Assembly (NCBI GenBank): GCA_963661975.1
Contig: CAVLDN010000006.1
Span: 30,421 to 94,420, forward strand
Direction: 5' to 3'
Length of the DNA stretch: 64,000 bases
From: a bacterium
GTDB lineage: Bacteria > Bacillota > Clostridia > Oscillospirales > CAG-382
This document shows, piece after piece, positions 19,055 to 29,278 of the stretch. Both the position numbers and the translations under genes were made by a program. The first letter of the stretch is position 1, and the number at the start of each line of letters is the position of its first letter. The notes beneath the pieces are model-generated. The model was not told the DNA's origin. It worked only from the letters and a program-made list of their open reading frames with translations, and did no database searches.

Positions 19055-21478
19055 ATGAAAAAACAGATCATAGCCGTTTCCGCCGTCGTTCTGGCGATAA
19101 TACTGCTCGTGACAAGCTATTTTGTATTTTTCCGCAAATCGGAAGAATCCGATTTCGACGAGTTTTACAGGCTTTCCGATGAGGTAAAATCGGCAATGGG
19201 CGAGCTCGGCGCAGATGCGGAGATCGAGCTTCGCGGCTATTCCGAAAGCGATCCCGGCTGGCAGGATATTTATAAATCCGCACTCTGCTTTGCGGAGGCA
19301 AGCGGGAAGATAGATGTTAAGACCTCGTCCGGATCGGGTGATGTGCGCATTTCCTCCGGAAACGAAGAGGTCGTCATCGCCTATAACGATTTCTTCAAGA
19401 CTCTTTACGACGGCACCCGTTATGCCTTCAACGGCGAACCGCTTATCGCGAATGCGATACTGAAATGCAGCGGCGGCGAGGAAATCGCCGTCGATGCAAG
19501 GGCGTATTCCGGCTACGACACCGACGGCGACACGATCACCGCCGCAGGCGCGCCGTTCGTTTTCAAATCGCTCGACAGAAGCGAAATTTCGCTGCTTACC
19601 GTCACAAATGAGACGGGCAAATATTCGATTTATCAAAACGAGGGGAACTTCTATTTCTCCAGCTCCGCCGCCGCCGCGATGAACAGTGAAACATTCTCGC
19701 TCGTCACCACGAATATGCGCTACCCCGTTGCCGCGGGCAAAATGAAGCTGCCCGAGGACAGATCATGGAAGGACTACGGGCTGGACAACGCATCCGACGC
19801 GCTTGCAAGCTATACGATAATGTCCGAAAAGGACGAATCCGGCAGGTATTACCTCCACACGGTCTATGTCGGCGGACTTTCGGGCACGAAAAGCTATTAT
19901 TACGCACGCTACATCGGAGGGCTTTTCGTTGATAACGGCGACGAATCCGAAATGGTCGTGAACCTTTCCAAGGATATCATTTATTACCTTTCGTCATCCG
20001 TTGTCACCGGCTCGATAATGCTTCCCGAAACGGCAATGATGGATGCGACACTTGTCAACACGATTTCAAGCACGAACGATATTTACTATATCGACGATAT
20101 CCGCATAGACATACCCGCGGACGGCATAAATGCCCATGTCCGCAACATGAGCGCGTTTATCGCCGCCTCCAACCTTTCCGCAAACGACAATTCCTCGCTC
20201 ACAAAGCTTCTTTCGGATAAGTTCTATGCGGACGATTATTCGCAATACTCTGACGGCTGGACAAACCATACCGATGTTTTCGGCGGCTTTTCCAGCTCGG
20301 ACGGCAACACGACATATATCGAAGCCGTTCTTGCGCGCAACGCATCGGACGGGAAATATTCCGTCTCGGTCGGGCTTCTGCGTGATGAAGCCGCGGGTGC
20401 ATACCTCCCAAAGGAACTTTACTTCACCATGTCGGATGACGGCGTGAATTACAAGCCCATCGGCGAAACCTTCAAACCTTCTCAGGACGATAAGACACTG
20501 AAGCGCTATACGCTCGAGTTTGAATCCGAAGTCCCTGCGAAGTTTATCCGCATCTGCTTCGATGTTCCGCAGATAAAATACAGCTATGTTGTCATGGATG
20601 AGATTCATCTTACCGCGGGCGGGATCGACGCACAACCCTCCGATTCGCTTTCGGGTGTGTGGAGGCTTGTCAATCCGCAGAGCCTGATCTCCGAGGGACG
20701 CAATTTCTCCTACCTGGATATGACAAACTTCGGCAACTTCGTGCAGAGTATTGCTTCGCTCAAGGGCGACAGTGTTGTCGCCTGCGGTATCGGCAAGGAC
20801 GGTGATGCAAAGGAGCTGAACACCGAACTGCTTGCAAAATACGGTTTGGACAACCCCGCAAAGCATATTTCGTTCGTATACAAGGACGAGGTCACTGTCG
20901 ATATCTATGTTTCCGCAAAGAACGAAAACGGAGCTTACTATGTTTACAGTACCTATTACGGCGAATATGACGGCAAGGATATGCTTATAACACCGGATGT
21001 TATCTGTGAAATTTCACCGGAAACGGCATCCTGGCTCGAATGGGATATAACGGAATATATAGCCCACCCGATACTTTCCATATACCTTGTCGAAATAAGC
21101 GATATGTCCTTCGAGTTCGGCGGCAATAAATATGATTTCCGCCTGGGACTTGATTCCGACGGCAACCTTGCAAGCGTTCGTTACAACGGCGGGGAATACG
21201 ATGTTCTGAGCTTCAAATACCTCTTCCAGGATGTGCTTTCCGTTTATCTTGCGGATGAATACACGCCCGGCGAGGACGAATTGGGTGAGGAATACCTGCG
21301 TATCGAGATCCATGCGCAATCGCGGGATATAAGCCTTGTGTTCTACCGCGTTTCGGCCTCGAAATGCTATTTCACGGTCGACGGCACGGGCGGCTACTAT
21401 ACCACCGTCGAATCGGTAAACACTGTTCGCGATGATGTATTGAAATATCTCGACGGGCAGACTATATCGCGGCGATGA
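19055..21478 (+). CDS. membrane-anchored DUF4340-like protein with inserted discoidin/F5-8-type-C-like domain (807 aa)
   Basis: N-terminal TM helix. Two segments resemble DUF4340, which normally follows gldG. The central part SDDGVNYKPIG..AKFIRICF..MDEIHL resembles a discoidin fold. Confidence 0.6.
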   Translation: MKKQIIAVSAVVLAIILLVTSYFVFFRKSEESDFDEFYRLSDEVKSAMGELGADAEIELRGYSESDPGWQDIYKSALCFAEASGKIDVKTSSGSGDVRISSGNEEVVIAYNDFFKTLYDGTRYAFNGEPLIANAILKCSGGEEIAVDARAYSGYDTDGDTITAAGAPFVFKSLDRSEISLLTVTNETGKYSIYQNEGNFYFSSSAAAAMNSETFSLVTTNMRYPVAAGKMKLPEDRSWKDYGLDNASDALASYTIMSEKDESGRYYLHTVYVGGLSGTKSYYYARYIGGLFVDNGDESEMVVNLSKDIIYYLSSSVVTGSIMLPETAMMDATLVNTISSTNDIYYIDDIRIDIPADGINAHVRNMSAFIAASNLSANDNSSLTKLLSDKFYADDYSQYSDGWTNHTDVFGGFSSSDGNTTYIEAVLARNASDGKYSVSVGLLRDEAAGAYLPKELYFTMSDDGVNYKPIGETFKPSQDDKTLKRYTLEFESEVPAKFIRICFDVPQIKYSYVVMDEIHLTAGGIDAQPSDSLSGVWRLVNPQSLISEGRNFSYLDMTNFGNFVQSIASLKGDSVVACGIGKDGDAKELNTELLAKYGLDNPAKHISFVYKDEVTVDIYVSAKNENGAYYVYSTYYGEYDGKDMLITPDVICEISPETASWLEWDITEYIAHPILSIYLVEISDMSFEFGGNKYDFRLGLDSDGNLASVRYNGGEYDVLSFKYLFQDVLSVYLADEYTPGEDELGEEYLRIEIHAQSRDISLVFYRVSASKCYFTVDGTGGYYTTVESVNTVRDDVLKYLDGQTISRR

Positions 21479-22185
21479 GGCGGCTGATAGCTCTGCTTGC
21501 CTGCGCGGCGGCGGTGCTTTGCGCCTGCGGCACGCTTGAGGAAGCCGACCCGCAGCCTTTGACCGCGGCAATCGGGGAAATAAACGGAAGGGACGCACTT
21601 TCCGGCAAATACAGCCTGGAAATGACATTCGGGCAGAGCAATACGCTTTATTATGCCGCCGGCGATGTGGAATGGGACCGCGCCGCGCTTACCGCGCACG
21701 CGAACTTTACCCAAAACTATCTCGGCACGGCGGTGCGTTCCGAAAACACTTATGAAAACGGCGTGATGAAGAGCGTCGAAAACGGCGACGAGCTTGAGGT
21801 CGAACGCGATGCCGATGAGCTGTTCGCGAAATTCCCGTATTTCAAGCTGCCGGAGTATTCCGCCGGCGGAGAGGGGCTTTCCGCGACGGAAAACGGCACA
21901 TCCGCGACATATACCTACACGATGCCCGACGGAAAGGCTTTTGCCGAAAGTGTCGTCGGTGATCTCTATTCGCTTGTGACGGTGATCAAAAAGCCGCAGC
22001 GTGAAAAGACCGAATACGGCGCGGTGGAATGCACCGTTGTCGTGCGCGGCGGGGCGGTCGCCTCCGCAAGGTACGAATATACCGTAAAGCTTTACGATAC
22101 GCCGGCGTATTCGGATGTCTATTCGGCGCCGGAAAGCGAATATACCGTTACCGTCAGGGTTTCGGCAAAGATCACATATAAATAA
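21475..22185 (+). CDS. lipoprotein, function unknown
   Basis: Lipobox LLACAAAVLCAC-G. Start overlaps the stop of the 807-aa gene (ATGA). Confidence 0.7.
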   Translation: MRRLIALLACAAAVLCACGTLEEADPQPLTAAIGEINGRDALSGKYSLEMTFGQSNTLYYAAGDVEWDRAALTAHANFTQNYLGTAVRSENTYENGVMKSVENGDELEVERDADELFAKFPYFKLPEYSAGGEGLSATENGTSATYTYTMPDGKAFAESVVGDLYSLVTVIKKPQREKTEYGAVECTVVVRGGAVASARYEYTVKLYDTPAYSDVYSAPESEYTVTVRVSAKITYK

Positions 22186-22187
22186 AT

Positions 22188-22290
22188 AGGATGAGGGGTG
22201 CTTCCCGCAGAAGCGGGCGGCTGAGAATATACCCTTGGACCTGATGCGGGTAATGCCGCCGTAGGGAGGATCCACTTTGACCGGGAATCT
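22188..22290 (+). promoter_or_regulatory. TPP (THI-box) riboswitch
   Basis: GGGGUGC..GCUGAGA..ACCCUU.GACCUGAU.CGGGUAAUGCCGCCGUAGGGA consensus elements. Sits directly upstream of thiT. Confidence 0.9.
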
Positions 22291-22352
22291 GCGTTTTTCC
22301 TTCCTTTACGGCGATATTATATATATCTATCCGACCGAAAGGAAACGAAAAA

Positions 22353-22913
22353 ATGGAAAGAACAAAACAAAAACAGGCGCTTCGTGCGCTGTGTGAAACG
22401 GCTGTCATGGTCGCACTTGCCGTGGCGCTCAGCTTTGCAAAAATCAAGCTTTGGGCAAACGGCGGCTCGATCGACCTTGTAATGATCCCGATAATCATCG
22501 TCGGCTACCGCCGCGGATGGCAGTGGTCTATCCCCGCGGGGCTTGCGTTCGGGCTTATCAAATGCGCCGTGGGCGAAGGCTTCTCCTACGGCTTTGCTTC
22601 CGTAATGCTTGACTATGTGCTGGCTTACGGTCTTGTCGGTCTTGCCGGCTTCTTCAAGGATAAAAAGCACGGCATGGTTATCGGCTCCGTTGTCGGCTCC
22701 GTTGCCAGATTTTTGGTGCACTTTGCAAGCGGTATCACCATTTGGCGTATCGCCGCGGGCGAAAGCACGGAGCTGTTCGGCGCAACCTACGGGAGCGATG
22801 CTTCCGTGCTTTACTCGCTTGTATACAACGGCAGCTATATGCTCGTTAATATGATAATTGCCGTTGTTGTTTCGCTGCTTATCGAAAAGGCAATTTCGCG
22901 CATACCCAAATAA
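22353..22913 (+). CDS. thiT: ECF-transporter S component for thiamine (ThiT)
   Basis: 186-aa, 6-TM protein behind a TPP riboswitch. A ThiT-like W/G-rich loop was not checked in detail. Confidence 0.8.
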   Translation: MERTKQKQALRALCETAVMVALAVALSFAKIKLWANGGSIDLVMIPIIIVGYRRGWQWSIPAGLAFGLIKCAVGEGFSYGFASVMLDYVLAYGLVGLAGFFKDKKHGMVIGSVVGSVARFLVHFASGITIWRIAAGESTELFGATYGSDASVLYSLVYNGSYMLVNMIIAVVVSLLIEKAISRIPK

Positions 22914-22957
22914 AGGCGGTGTGAACGCCGCAAAAAGTCCGGAAAAGGAGTAAAAAT

Positions 22958-23668
22958 ATGTACGACGGATATCTCGGGTACCTTCTTTTCATGCTTCCCG
23001 CGTTGCTGCTCGGGCTTTATGCGCAGATAAAGGTAAAGACCAATTACAACCGGTATTCAAAGGTCATCTCGCGCTCCGGACTGACAGGCAGAGAGGCCGC
23101 CGAAAGAGTTCTGCAGATGAACGGTGTCGGCGGAGTGCGCATCGGCAGGGTCGGCGGTACGCTTACCGACCATTACGATCCGCGAAGCAACTGCATAAAC
23201 CTTTCGCAGGGTGTTTACGATTCCGCAACGGTCGCGGCAATCGGCGTTGCCGCGCACGAGGCGGGCCATGCCGTTCAATATGCGAAGAATTATGCACCGA
23301 TCAAGCTGCGTATGGCGATAATCCCGGTTTGCAATATCGGCACGCGGCTCGGTCCTCTGCTCATAGTACTCGGCTTCTTCATTTCCTATCTTGCGGAATC
23401 GATGATAACCATCGGCAACGTTCTGTATTTTGTCGGGCTCATACTGTTCTGCACCGTGGCACTGTTTCAGATTGTCACGCTGCCGGTGGAGCTTGATGCC
23501 TCCCGCCGCGCGATGAAGGCGCTTTCGAACGGCGTGATGGCGGAAAACGAGCTGCCCGGGGCGCGCAAGGTGCTCACCGCGGCGGCGCTCACGTATGTTG
23601 CCGCGCTTGTCAGCGCGGTGATGCAGGTCATTTATTACGCATCGCGTTATCGCCCGCGGGAAAAATAA
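22958..23668 (+). CDS. zinc metallopeptidase, YugP (Zn_peptidase_2) family
   Basis: HEAGHAVQ zinc motif and membrane-spanning segments. 236 aa. Confidence 0.8.
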   Translation: MYDGYLGYLLFMLPALLLGLYAQIKVKTNYNRYSKVISRSGLTGREAAERVLQMNGVGGVRIGRVGGTLTDHYDPRSNCINLSQGVYDSATVAAIGVAAHEAGHAVQYAKNYAPIKLRMAIIPVCNIGTRLGPLLIVLGFFISYLAESMITIGNVLYFVGLILFCTVALFQIVTLPVELDASRRAMKALSNGVMAENELPGARKVLTAAALTYVAALVSAVMQVIYYASRYRPREK

Positions 23669-23748
23669 CGATATGTGGCACGCCCCGCGCGGGAGCACCA
23701 CAACATATTGTCGCGGCGGGATTTTCCGCGCAAAATGCGCAAAAACAC

Positions 23749-23777
23749 TTGATTTTGCCCGAAATTCGTGATATAAT
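23749..23777 (+). promoter_or_regulatory. sigma-70-type promoter for the rplS operon
   Basis: TTGATT-N17-TATAAT with TG at the extended -10 position. Confidence 0.65.
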
Positions 23778-23845
23778 CAATTGTTAAAACTCGGCGGTCC
23801 TCTGTCGCTCGCATGAACGCCGAAGAAATACGGAGGTAAAACGCT

Positions 23846-24187
23846 TTGGATATGCTTAAAGCTTTTACAGAAGAGCAGTTGAAAAAAGAGGTTCCTCAGT
23901 TCAACGTCGGTGATACCGTTAAGGTATACCAGAAAATAGTTGAAGGAACCAGAGTCAGAACCCAGATCTTCGAAGGAACCGTCATCGCGAAGAAAAACGG
24001 CGGTATTTCCGAATCCTTCACCGTAAGGCGTGTTTCCTACGGCGTCGGCACGGAAAAGACCTTCCCGATCCATTCCCCGAACGTTCAGTCCGTCGAGGTT
24101 GTCAGAGCAGGTAAGGTTCGCCGCGCGAAACTTTACTATCTCCGCGACAGAGTCGGCAAGAACGCCAAGGTCAAGGAAAAAATCTAA
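23846..24187 (+). CDS. rplS: 50S ribosomal protein L19
   Basis: [29 protein letters not shown] conserved L19 core. Start is TTG at 23846 or ATG at 23852. Confidence 0.95.
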   Translation: MDMLKAFTEEQLKKEVPQFNVGDTVKVYQKIVEGTRVRTQIFEGTVIAKKNGGISESFTVRRVSYGVGTEKTFPIHSPNVQSVEVVRAGKVRRAKLYYLRDRVGKNAKVKEKI

Positions 24188-24240
24188 GTCGGCTCGCCGG
24201 GCAAAGGCGGACGGCGATCGAAACGGCTGCTTTTGCCCTC

Positions 24241-24276
24241 GGCGTCTGCGTGACAGCAGACGCCTTTTGCTTTTTT
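24241..24276 (+). terminator. rho-independent terminator (or attenuator) after rplS
   Basis: Stem ggcgtctgc/gcagacgcc with loop gtgaca, then TTTTGCTTTTTT. Confidence 0.75.
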
Positions 24277-24310
24277 ATTCGAAAAAATCACTGTTTCAGG
24301 CGGTAACGGA

Positions 24311-24970
24311 ATGAGCGAAAACAACGAAACAAACGGGCTGCCGCAGGAGGAAGCCCGGACACCTGCGCCGGAGGGGGCTTCCGCCGCGGTGCGCGGGCGC
24401 AAAACGCGCCCGTCAAAGCGTATCCTGTGCGTCGTTTACGATTATGCGGAAACGTTTGCGTATGCGCTTTTCACAATGATGATACTGTTCCTTTTTGTTT
24501 TCCGCCTTGTTACGGTGGACGGGCATTCCATGCTCGAAACGCTGGACGACGGCGACAAACTCATAATTTCCAATCTGTTCTATACCCCGAAAACCGGGGA
24601 TATCGTCGTGATACAGCCGGATTCGCACAGCCTTTCGAACGAACCGATCATCAAGCGCGTGATTGCCGTCGGCGGTCAGACGGTGCGCATAGATTACGAA
24701 AAATGGGAAGTTTATGTGGACGGCGTGAAGCTGGACGAGCCGTATATCGAACCGATGCGGCAGAAATACGGGGCAAATTCCGAAATGCTTTACGGCGCGT
24801 TGGAATACCGCGGGGAATTTGTCGTGGAGGAAGGCAAGGTGTTCTGCATGGGCGATAACCGCAACAACAGTAAGGACAGCCGCAGCTCCGAATACGGCGA
24901 AATGAGCGCAAAGCGCATACTCGGCAGAGTCGTGTTCCGCATATCGCCGAACGCGGGAACCGTGGATTGA
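24311..24970 (+). CDS. lepB: signal peptidase I
   Basis: TM helix, catalytic GHSMLETL (Ser) and KRVIAVGG (Lys), GDNRNNSKDSR box. Confidence 0.9.
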   Translation: MSENNETNGLPQEEARTPAPEGASAAVRGRKTRPSKRILCVVYDYAETFAYALFTMMILFLFVFRLVTVDGHSMLETLDDGDKLIISNLFYTPKTGDIVVIQPDSHSLSNEPIIKRVIAVGGQTVRIDYEKWEVYVDGVKLDEPYIEPMRQKYGANSEMLYGALEYRGEFVVEEGKVFCMGDNRNNSKDSRSSEYGEMSAKRILGRVVFRISPNAGTVD

Positions 24971-25002
24971 CATATCCGCGAATCGAAAAACGGAGTACAC
25001 CT

Positions 25003-25863
25003 ATGGCAGACATCAACACAAATGTAAACTGGTACCCCGGGCATATGGCAAAGGCAAAGCGGAACATAGCCGCTGCTCTGCCGAACATCGACATGGTTAT
25101 CGAGCTTTTGGACGCGCGCGCGCCGATAAGTTCCGCCAACCCGGATTTCAAAACGCTTTTCGGCGGCAAGCCCACGCTGACACTGCTCACAAAAAGCGCG
25201 CTTGCCGACCCGGCATTGACGGCCTGTTACGAGCGTCGGCTTTCGGGCGGCAACGTTGCCGTTATGGCGATTGATTGCAAGACGGGTTTGGGCATAAAAA
25301 AGATCAACGGTGCGATAAGGGAGCTTATGCGCGAGAAGCTGGCGCGGGATGCGCAGCGCGGCATCAAAAGGCCGATCCGCGCCATGGTCGCGGGGATCAC
25401 GAATGTCGGGAAATCCACATTCATAAATACGATATGCGGCGAGCGCCGCGCCGCGGCGGAGGATCGCCCGGGCGTTACGCGGCAGAACGCAAGGATAAGC
25501 GTGCCCGCACTCGGCCTGGAGCTGACGGACACTCCCGGGCTGCTCTGGCATAAGTTCGAGGATAAAGCCGTGGGCATGAAGCTCGCCTGCCTCGGCTCGA
25601 TAAATGATGATATTATCGATCAGACGGCGCTTTGCTATGATCTGATCGCACTCATTTCGCCGCGGTATTCGAAGAATATATGCGAAAGATACGGCATAAC
25701 GGTCTGCGAGGATGACGAGGTGGGCGATATATTCGAAAAAATCGCCCGCAAACGCGGCTTTCTCTGCCGCGGCGGCGCAGTGGATGACGACCGCACCGCA
25801 AGGGTGGTGCTTGACGAATTCCGTGCGGGCAAGCTCGGGCGGATAACATTGGACACGGAGTGA
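25003..25863 (+). CDS. rbgA: ribosome biogenesis GTPase A (YlqF/RbgA)
   Basis: NWYPGHMAKA, circularly permuted GTPase motifs (LTKSAL, GITNVGKST, DTPG). ATG at 25003 with a GGAG RBS. Confidence 0.9.
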   Translation: MADINTNVNWYPGHMAKAKRNIAAALPNIDMVIELLDARAPISSANPDFKTLFGGKPTLTLLTKSALADPALTACYERRLSGGNVAVMAIDCKTGLGIKKINGAIRELMREKLARDAQRGIKRPIRAMVAGITNVGKSTFINTICGERRAAAEDRPGVTRQNARISVPALGLELTDTPGLLWHKFEDKAVGMKLACLGSINDDIIDQTALCYDLIALISPRYSKNICERYGITVCEDDEVGDIFEKIARKRGFLCRGGAVDDDRTARVVLDEFRAGKLGRITLDTE

Positions 25864-25870
25864 AAACGGC

Positions 25871-26473
25871 ATGGCTTTGAGTTGGGATCGCGAGATCGCG
25901 CTTTACGGCGGGGCGAATACGGTTTGCGGCTGTGATGAAGCGGGCAGAGGTCCGCTTGCGGGGCCGGTCGTTGCCGCGGCGGTCGTGCTTGCGCCGGGGA
26001 CGGAAATTGTCGGACTGAACGATTCCAAAAAGCTTTCGGCGCGGCGGCGCGAAGCGCTTTACCGCGAGATCACGCAAAAGGCTGTCGCCTATTCCGTGGC
26101 GCTTGCCTCTGTTTACGAGATAGAAAAATACAACATTCTGAATGCGGCCATGCTTGCAATGAACCGCGCCGTGGAAACGCTTTGCGTTTCGCCGCAGCTT
26201 GCGTTGGTGGACGGCAACGCCGCACGGGGTTTTTCCGTGCCGGCAAAGACGGTTGTCGGCGGGGACGGAATCTGCCCCTCCGTGGCGGCGGCTTCGGTGC
26301 TGGCAAAGGTCACGAGGGACAGACTGATGGAGCATTTCGACAAGCTTTACCCCGGCTACGGCTTTGCCGCGCACAAGGGATACGGCACAAAGGCGCATTA
26401 CGCCGCCATAGCGCAGCTCGGGCCGACACCGCTTCACAGGATGAGCTTCCTGAAAAAGCTGTATGAACACTAA
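25871..26473 (+). CDS. rnhB: ribonuclease HII
   Basis: GCDEAGRGPLAGPVV and DSKKLS motifs. Confidence 0.9.
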   Translation: MALSWDREIALYGGANTVCGCDEAGRGPLAGPVVAAAVVLAPGTEIVGLNDSKKLSARRREALYREITQKAVAYSVALASVYEIEKYNILNAAMLAMNRAVETLCVSPQLALVDGNAARGFSVPAKTVVGGDGICPSVAAASVLAKVTRDRLMEHFDKLYPGYGFAAHKGYGTKAHYAAIAQLGPTPLHRMSFLKKLYEH

Positions 26474-26870
26474 ACAAAAGGGCGCGTTCGGGGAACGCGC
26501 CGCCGAAAAATACCTTTCGCGTCGCGGTTACAGGATAATTTCCAACAATTTTCTTGCCCGCGGGGGCGAGATCGACCTTATCGGCTACCGCGGGGGTGAG
26601 CTCGTCTATTTCGAGGTGAAAACGCGCTCCGGCAATACGTACGGGACGCCGGCATCGGCGATCGATGCGGAGAAGATAGCGCATATCCGCGCCGCCGCAG
26701 CCGCATTCCGCAGGGCGTATGTCGAAAACGGCAGGGTGCCGGTGGGGTATCCGTGCGGTGTAACGCTTATGCGCACGGTGCGCCGCGAAAGGATCGACGG
26801 TGTCGAGGTGTACCTCGAAAACGGGAAAACAAGGATAAATCATATAAAAGATATGGAAAAACGGATATGA
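26463..26870 (+). CDS. yraN: YraN-family (UPF0102) endonuclease
   Basis: GE.AE.YL...G..I...N.....GEIDLI.....LVFVEVK pattern. Confidence 0.85.
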   Translation: MNTKQKGAFGERAAEKYLSRRGYRIISNNFLARGGEIDLIGYRGGELVYFEVKTRSGNTYGTPASAIDAEKIAHIRAAAAAFRRAYVENGRVPVGYPCGVTLMRTVRRERIDGVEVYLENGKTRINHIKDMEKRI

Positions 26871-28327
26871 AGTATATAACCACAAGAACCGAAAACGCAC
26901 AGGGTGTCGAAAGCGCCGCCGCAATACGCAACGGGCTTGCACCGGACGGCGGGCTTTATCTGCCCGAAAGCATACCGCGGCTTACGCAGACGGATATAAA
27001 TGAATTGCGGGAAAGCGATTATGCGGCGCTTGCGGCGAAGGTGATGTCGCTCTTCCTTACGGATTATACATACGATGAGCTTCTTTCTGCGGCGAAAGCG
27101 GCTTACTCGGAGGAAAAATTCGGCGGTGTTCCCGCGCCGATATCCAAGGTGGGCGAAGAATATTTTTCGGAACTGTGGCACGGTCCGACCTGCGCGTTCA
27201 AGGATATGGCGCTTCAGGTGATGCCGCGCCTGCTTTCGCTTGCGTTGGATAAGACCGGCGCAAGGGAGGATGCGCACATACTTGTTGCCACAAGCGGGGA
27301 TACGGGTGTCGCCGCACTGGAAGGGTATAAAAATGTTCCGCGCACGAGGATCACTGTGTTTTACCCGGCAAACGGCGTTTCGGATACGCAAAAAAGGCAG
27401 ATGTCCACGCAGGATGGCGAAAACGCGGATGTTGTCGCCGTGGAGGGCGATTTTGATGCGGCGCAGACGGGTGTCAAGCGGATATTCGCATCCGAAAGCG
27501 CGGCAAAACGCGCGGCAAAGGAAGGTTGCTTCCTTTCGAGTGCCAATTCCATAAACTGGGGGCGGCTCGTTCCTCAGATAGTTTATTATGTTCACGCCTG
27601 CATACAGCTTTGCCGCGAGGGCGAGCTTGCCGCGGGCGAAAAGCTGGATATTACCGTGCCGACGGGGAATTTCGGCAACATTCTTGCGGCTTATATCGCA
27701 AAAAAGATGGGCATGCCCATCGGCAGGCTGATCTGCGCCAGCAACGAAAATAACGTGCTTACCGATTTTATAAATACCGGTGTCTATGACCGCCGCCGCG
27801 AGCTGAAGCTTACGAAATCGCCCTCAATGGATATACTGGTTTCGAGCAATGCGGAAAGACTTTTGTTTTTGCTTTTCGGCGCGGAAAGAACAAGGGAGCT
27901 GATGAATTCTCTTTCTTCGGAGGGCGTTTACCGCCTCACCGGGGAGGAACTTGCCGCGGTGCGCGCCGATTTCGATGCCGGCTTTGCCGCGGAGGGCGAG
28001 GCTTCTGCGGAGATCGCCGCACTTTTCGGGGAATACGGATACCTTTGCGATACGCACACCGCGGTTGCCGCGAGTGTCGCAAAGAGATTCCGCGCGGGGA
28101 ACAAAATGCTTGTTGTTTCGACGGCTTCGCCGTATAAATTCGCGCCGGCGGTGCTTTCGGCACTGGGCGCGGAGGTGCCGTCGGACGGATTTTCCGCAAT
28201 AGCCGCGCTGGAAGCGCTTACAAAATTCAAAGCGCCGGAGCAGCTTGTGAACCTGCGCGAAAAAGCGGTGAGGTTCAACCGCGTTGTCAAGCCGGCGGAA
28301 ATGGAAGGCGCGGTATTCGCAAAATAA
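26867..28327 (+). CDS. thrC: threonine synthase
   Basis: PLP-lysine motif FKDMALQ and GDTG. ATG at 26867 overlaps the yraN stop. Confidence 0.9.
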   Translation: MKYITTRTENAQGVESAAAIRNGLAPDGGLYLPESIPRLTQTDINELRESDYAALAAKVMSLFLTDYTYDELLSAAKAAYSEEKFGGVPAPISKVGEEYFSELWHGPTCAFKDMALQVMPRLLSLALDKTGAREDAHILVATSGDTGVAALEGYKNVPRTRITVFYPANGVSDTQKRQMSTQDGENADVVAVEGDFDAAQTGVKRIFASESAAKRAAKEGCFLSSANSINWGRLVPQIVYYVHACIQLCREGELAAGEKLDITVPTGNFGNILAAYIAKKMGMPIGRLICASNENNVLTDFINTGVYDRRRELKLTKSPSMDILVSSNAERLLFLLFGAERTRELMNSLSSEGVYRLTGEELAAVRADFDAGFAAEGEASAEIAALFGEYGYLCDTHTAVAASVAKRFRAGNKMLVVSTASPYKFAPAVLSALGAEVPSDGFSAIAALEALTKFKAPEQLVNLREKAVRFNRVVKPAEMEGAVFAK

Positions 28328-28549
28328 TTAAAAGCGCGGGAACGGCCCGGAAACCGTTCCCGCATTAAAAAACGGGATAATGTCAGAACAGCTTCCGGCG
28401 GAAGGCTGCGCAGACCGTCTGCGCACGGTTTGCCGCCGCGTATGTGCCTCGGCGTGCTGTTGAAGGGAATGCCGTACACGGCGCTTTGTCCTTCCTTTGT
28501 TTCTGCTATTATTCCCGCACGGATCATATTTATTTACAGTGAGTCGAAA

Positions 28550-29260
28550 ATGGCAGTTTTTACGATCGCAGACCTTCATCTTTCGCATACGACAAACAAA
28601 CCGATGGATGTTTTCGGCGCAAAATGGGAAAATCATGTCCAAAGGCTGGAAAGCAATTGGAAGGAAACCGTCGACGAAGGCGACACCGTCGTCATCCCCG
28701 GCGATATATCCTGGGGTATGCGGATAGACGATGCGGAGGAGGATCTGCGGTTTATCGAACAGCTTCCCGGAAAAAAGATCATCGGCAAGGGCAACCATGA
28801 TTTTTGGTGGGCAACGATGAAAAAGCTTTATGAGTTCCGCGAACGCGCGGGTGCATACAGCGTTGAATTTCTTTTCAATAACGCATACCGTGCCGAGGAT
28901 TTTATCATCTGCGGAACGCGCGGCTGGTTTCCGGAAAGCAATTACGGTCCGGATGACGAACGCATTGTCAATCGCGAGGCGGAACGGCTGCGCGCATCGC
29001 TTTTGGCGGGCGAAGCGCTGAAAGCCGACGGCGATCCCGCGGAAACGCTCGTTTTCCTGCATTATCCGCCCGCATACGGCGGCGTGAGGTGCGAAAGGAT
29101 ATGCGAGGTGCTGCACGAATTCGGCATCAAACGCGTCTTTTACGGCCATATCCACGGCGCGCACAGGGAAAAGCTGATCTATCAGATTGCGGGGGCGGAA
29201 TCGCGGCTTATCGCGGCGGATTTTGTGGATTTTCGCCCGGTACGGGTGGATAAACGTTAA
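28550..29260 (+). CDS. metallophosphoesterase
   Basis: DLHLSH..GD.SW..GNHD.WW..H.P motif series. ATG at 28550. Confidence 0.8.
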   Translation: MAVFTIADLHLSHTTNKPMDVFGAKWENHVQRLESNWKETVDEGDTVVIPGDISWGMRIDDAEEDLRFIEQLPGKKIIGKGNHDFWWATMKKLYEFRERAGAYSVEFLFNNAYRAEDFIICGTRGWFPESNYGPDDERIVNREAERLRASLLAGEALKADGDPAETLVFLHYPPAYGGVRCERICEVLHEFGIKRVFYGHIHGAHREKLIYQIAGAESRLIAADFVDFRPVRVDKR

Positions 29261-29278
29261 ATTCCACAAAAGATGATA

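Noticed and set aside
28337-28366. Terminator after thrC (stem gcgggaacgg/ccgttcccgc)
   Set aside because: The stem is good, but on the plus strand it is followed by an A-run rather than a T-run. It would only be a canonical terminator for a minus-strand transcript, and there is none here. It was left unannotated.
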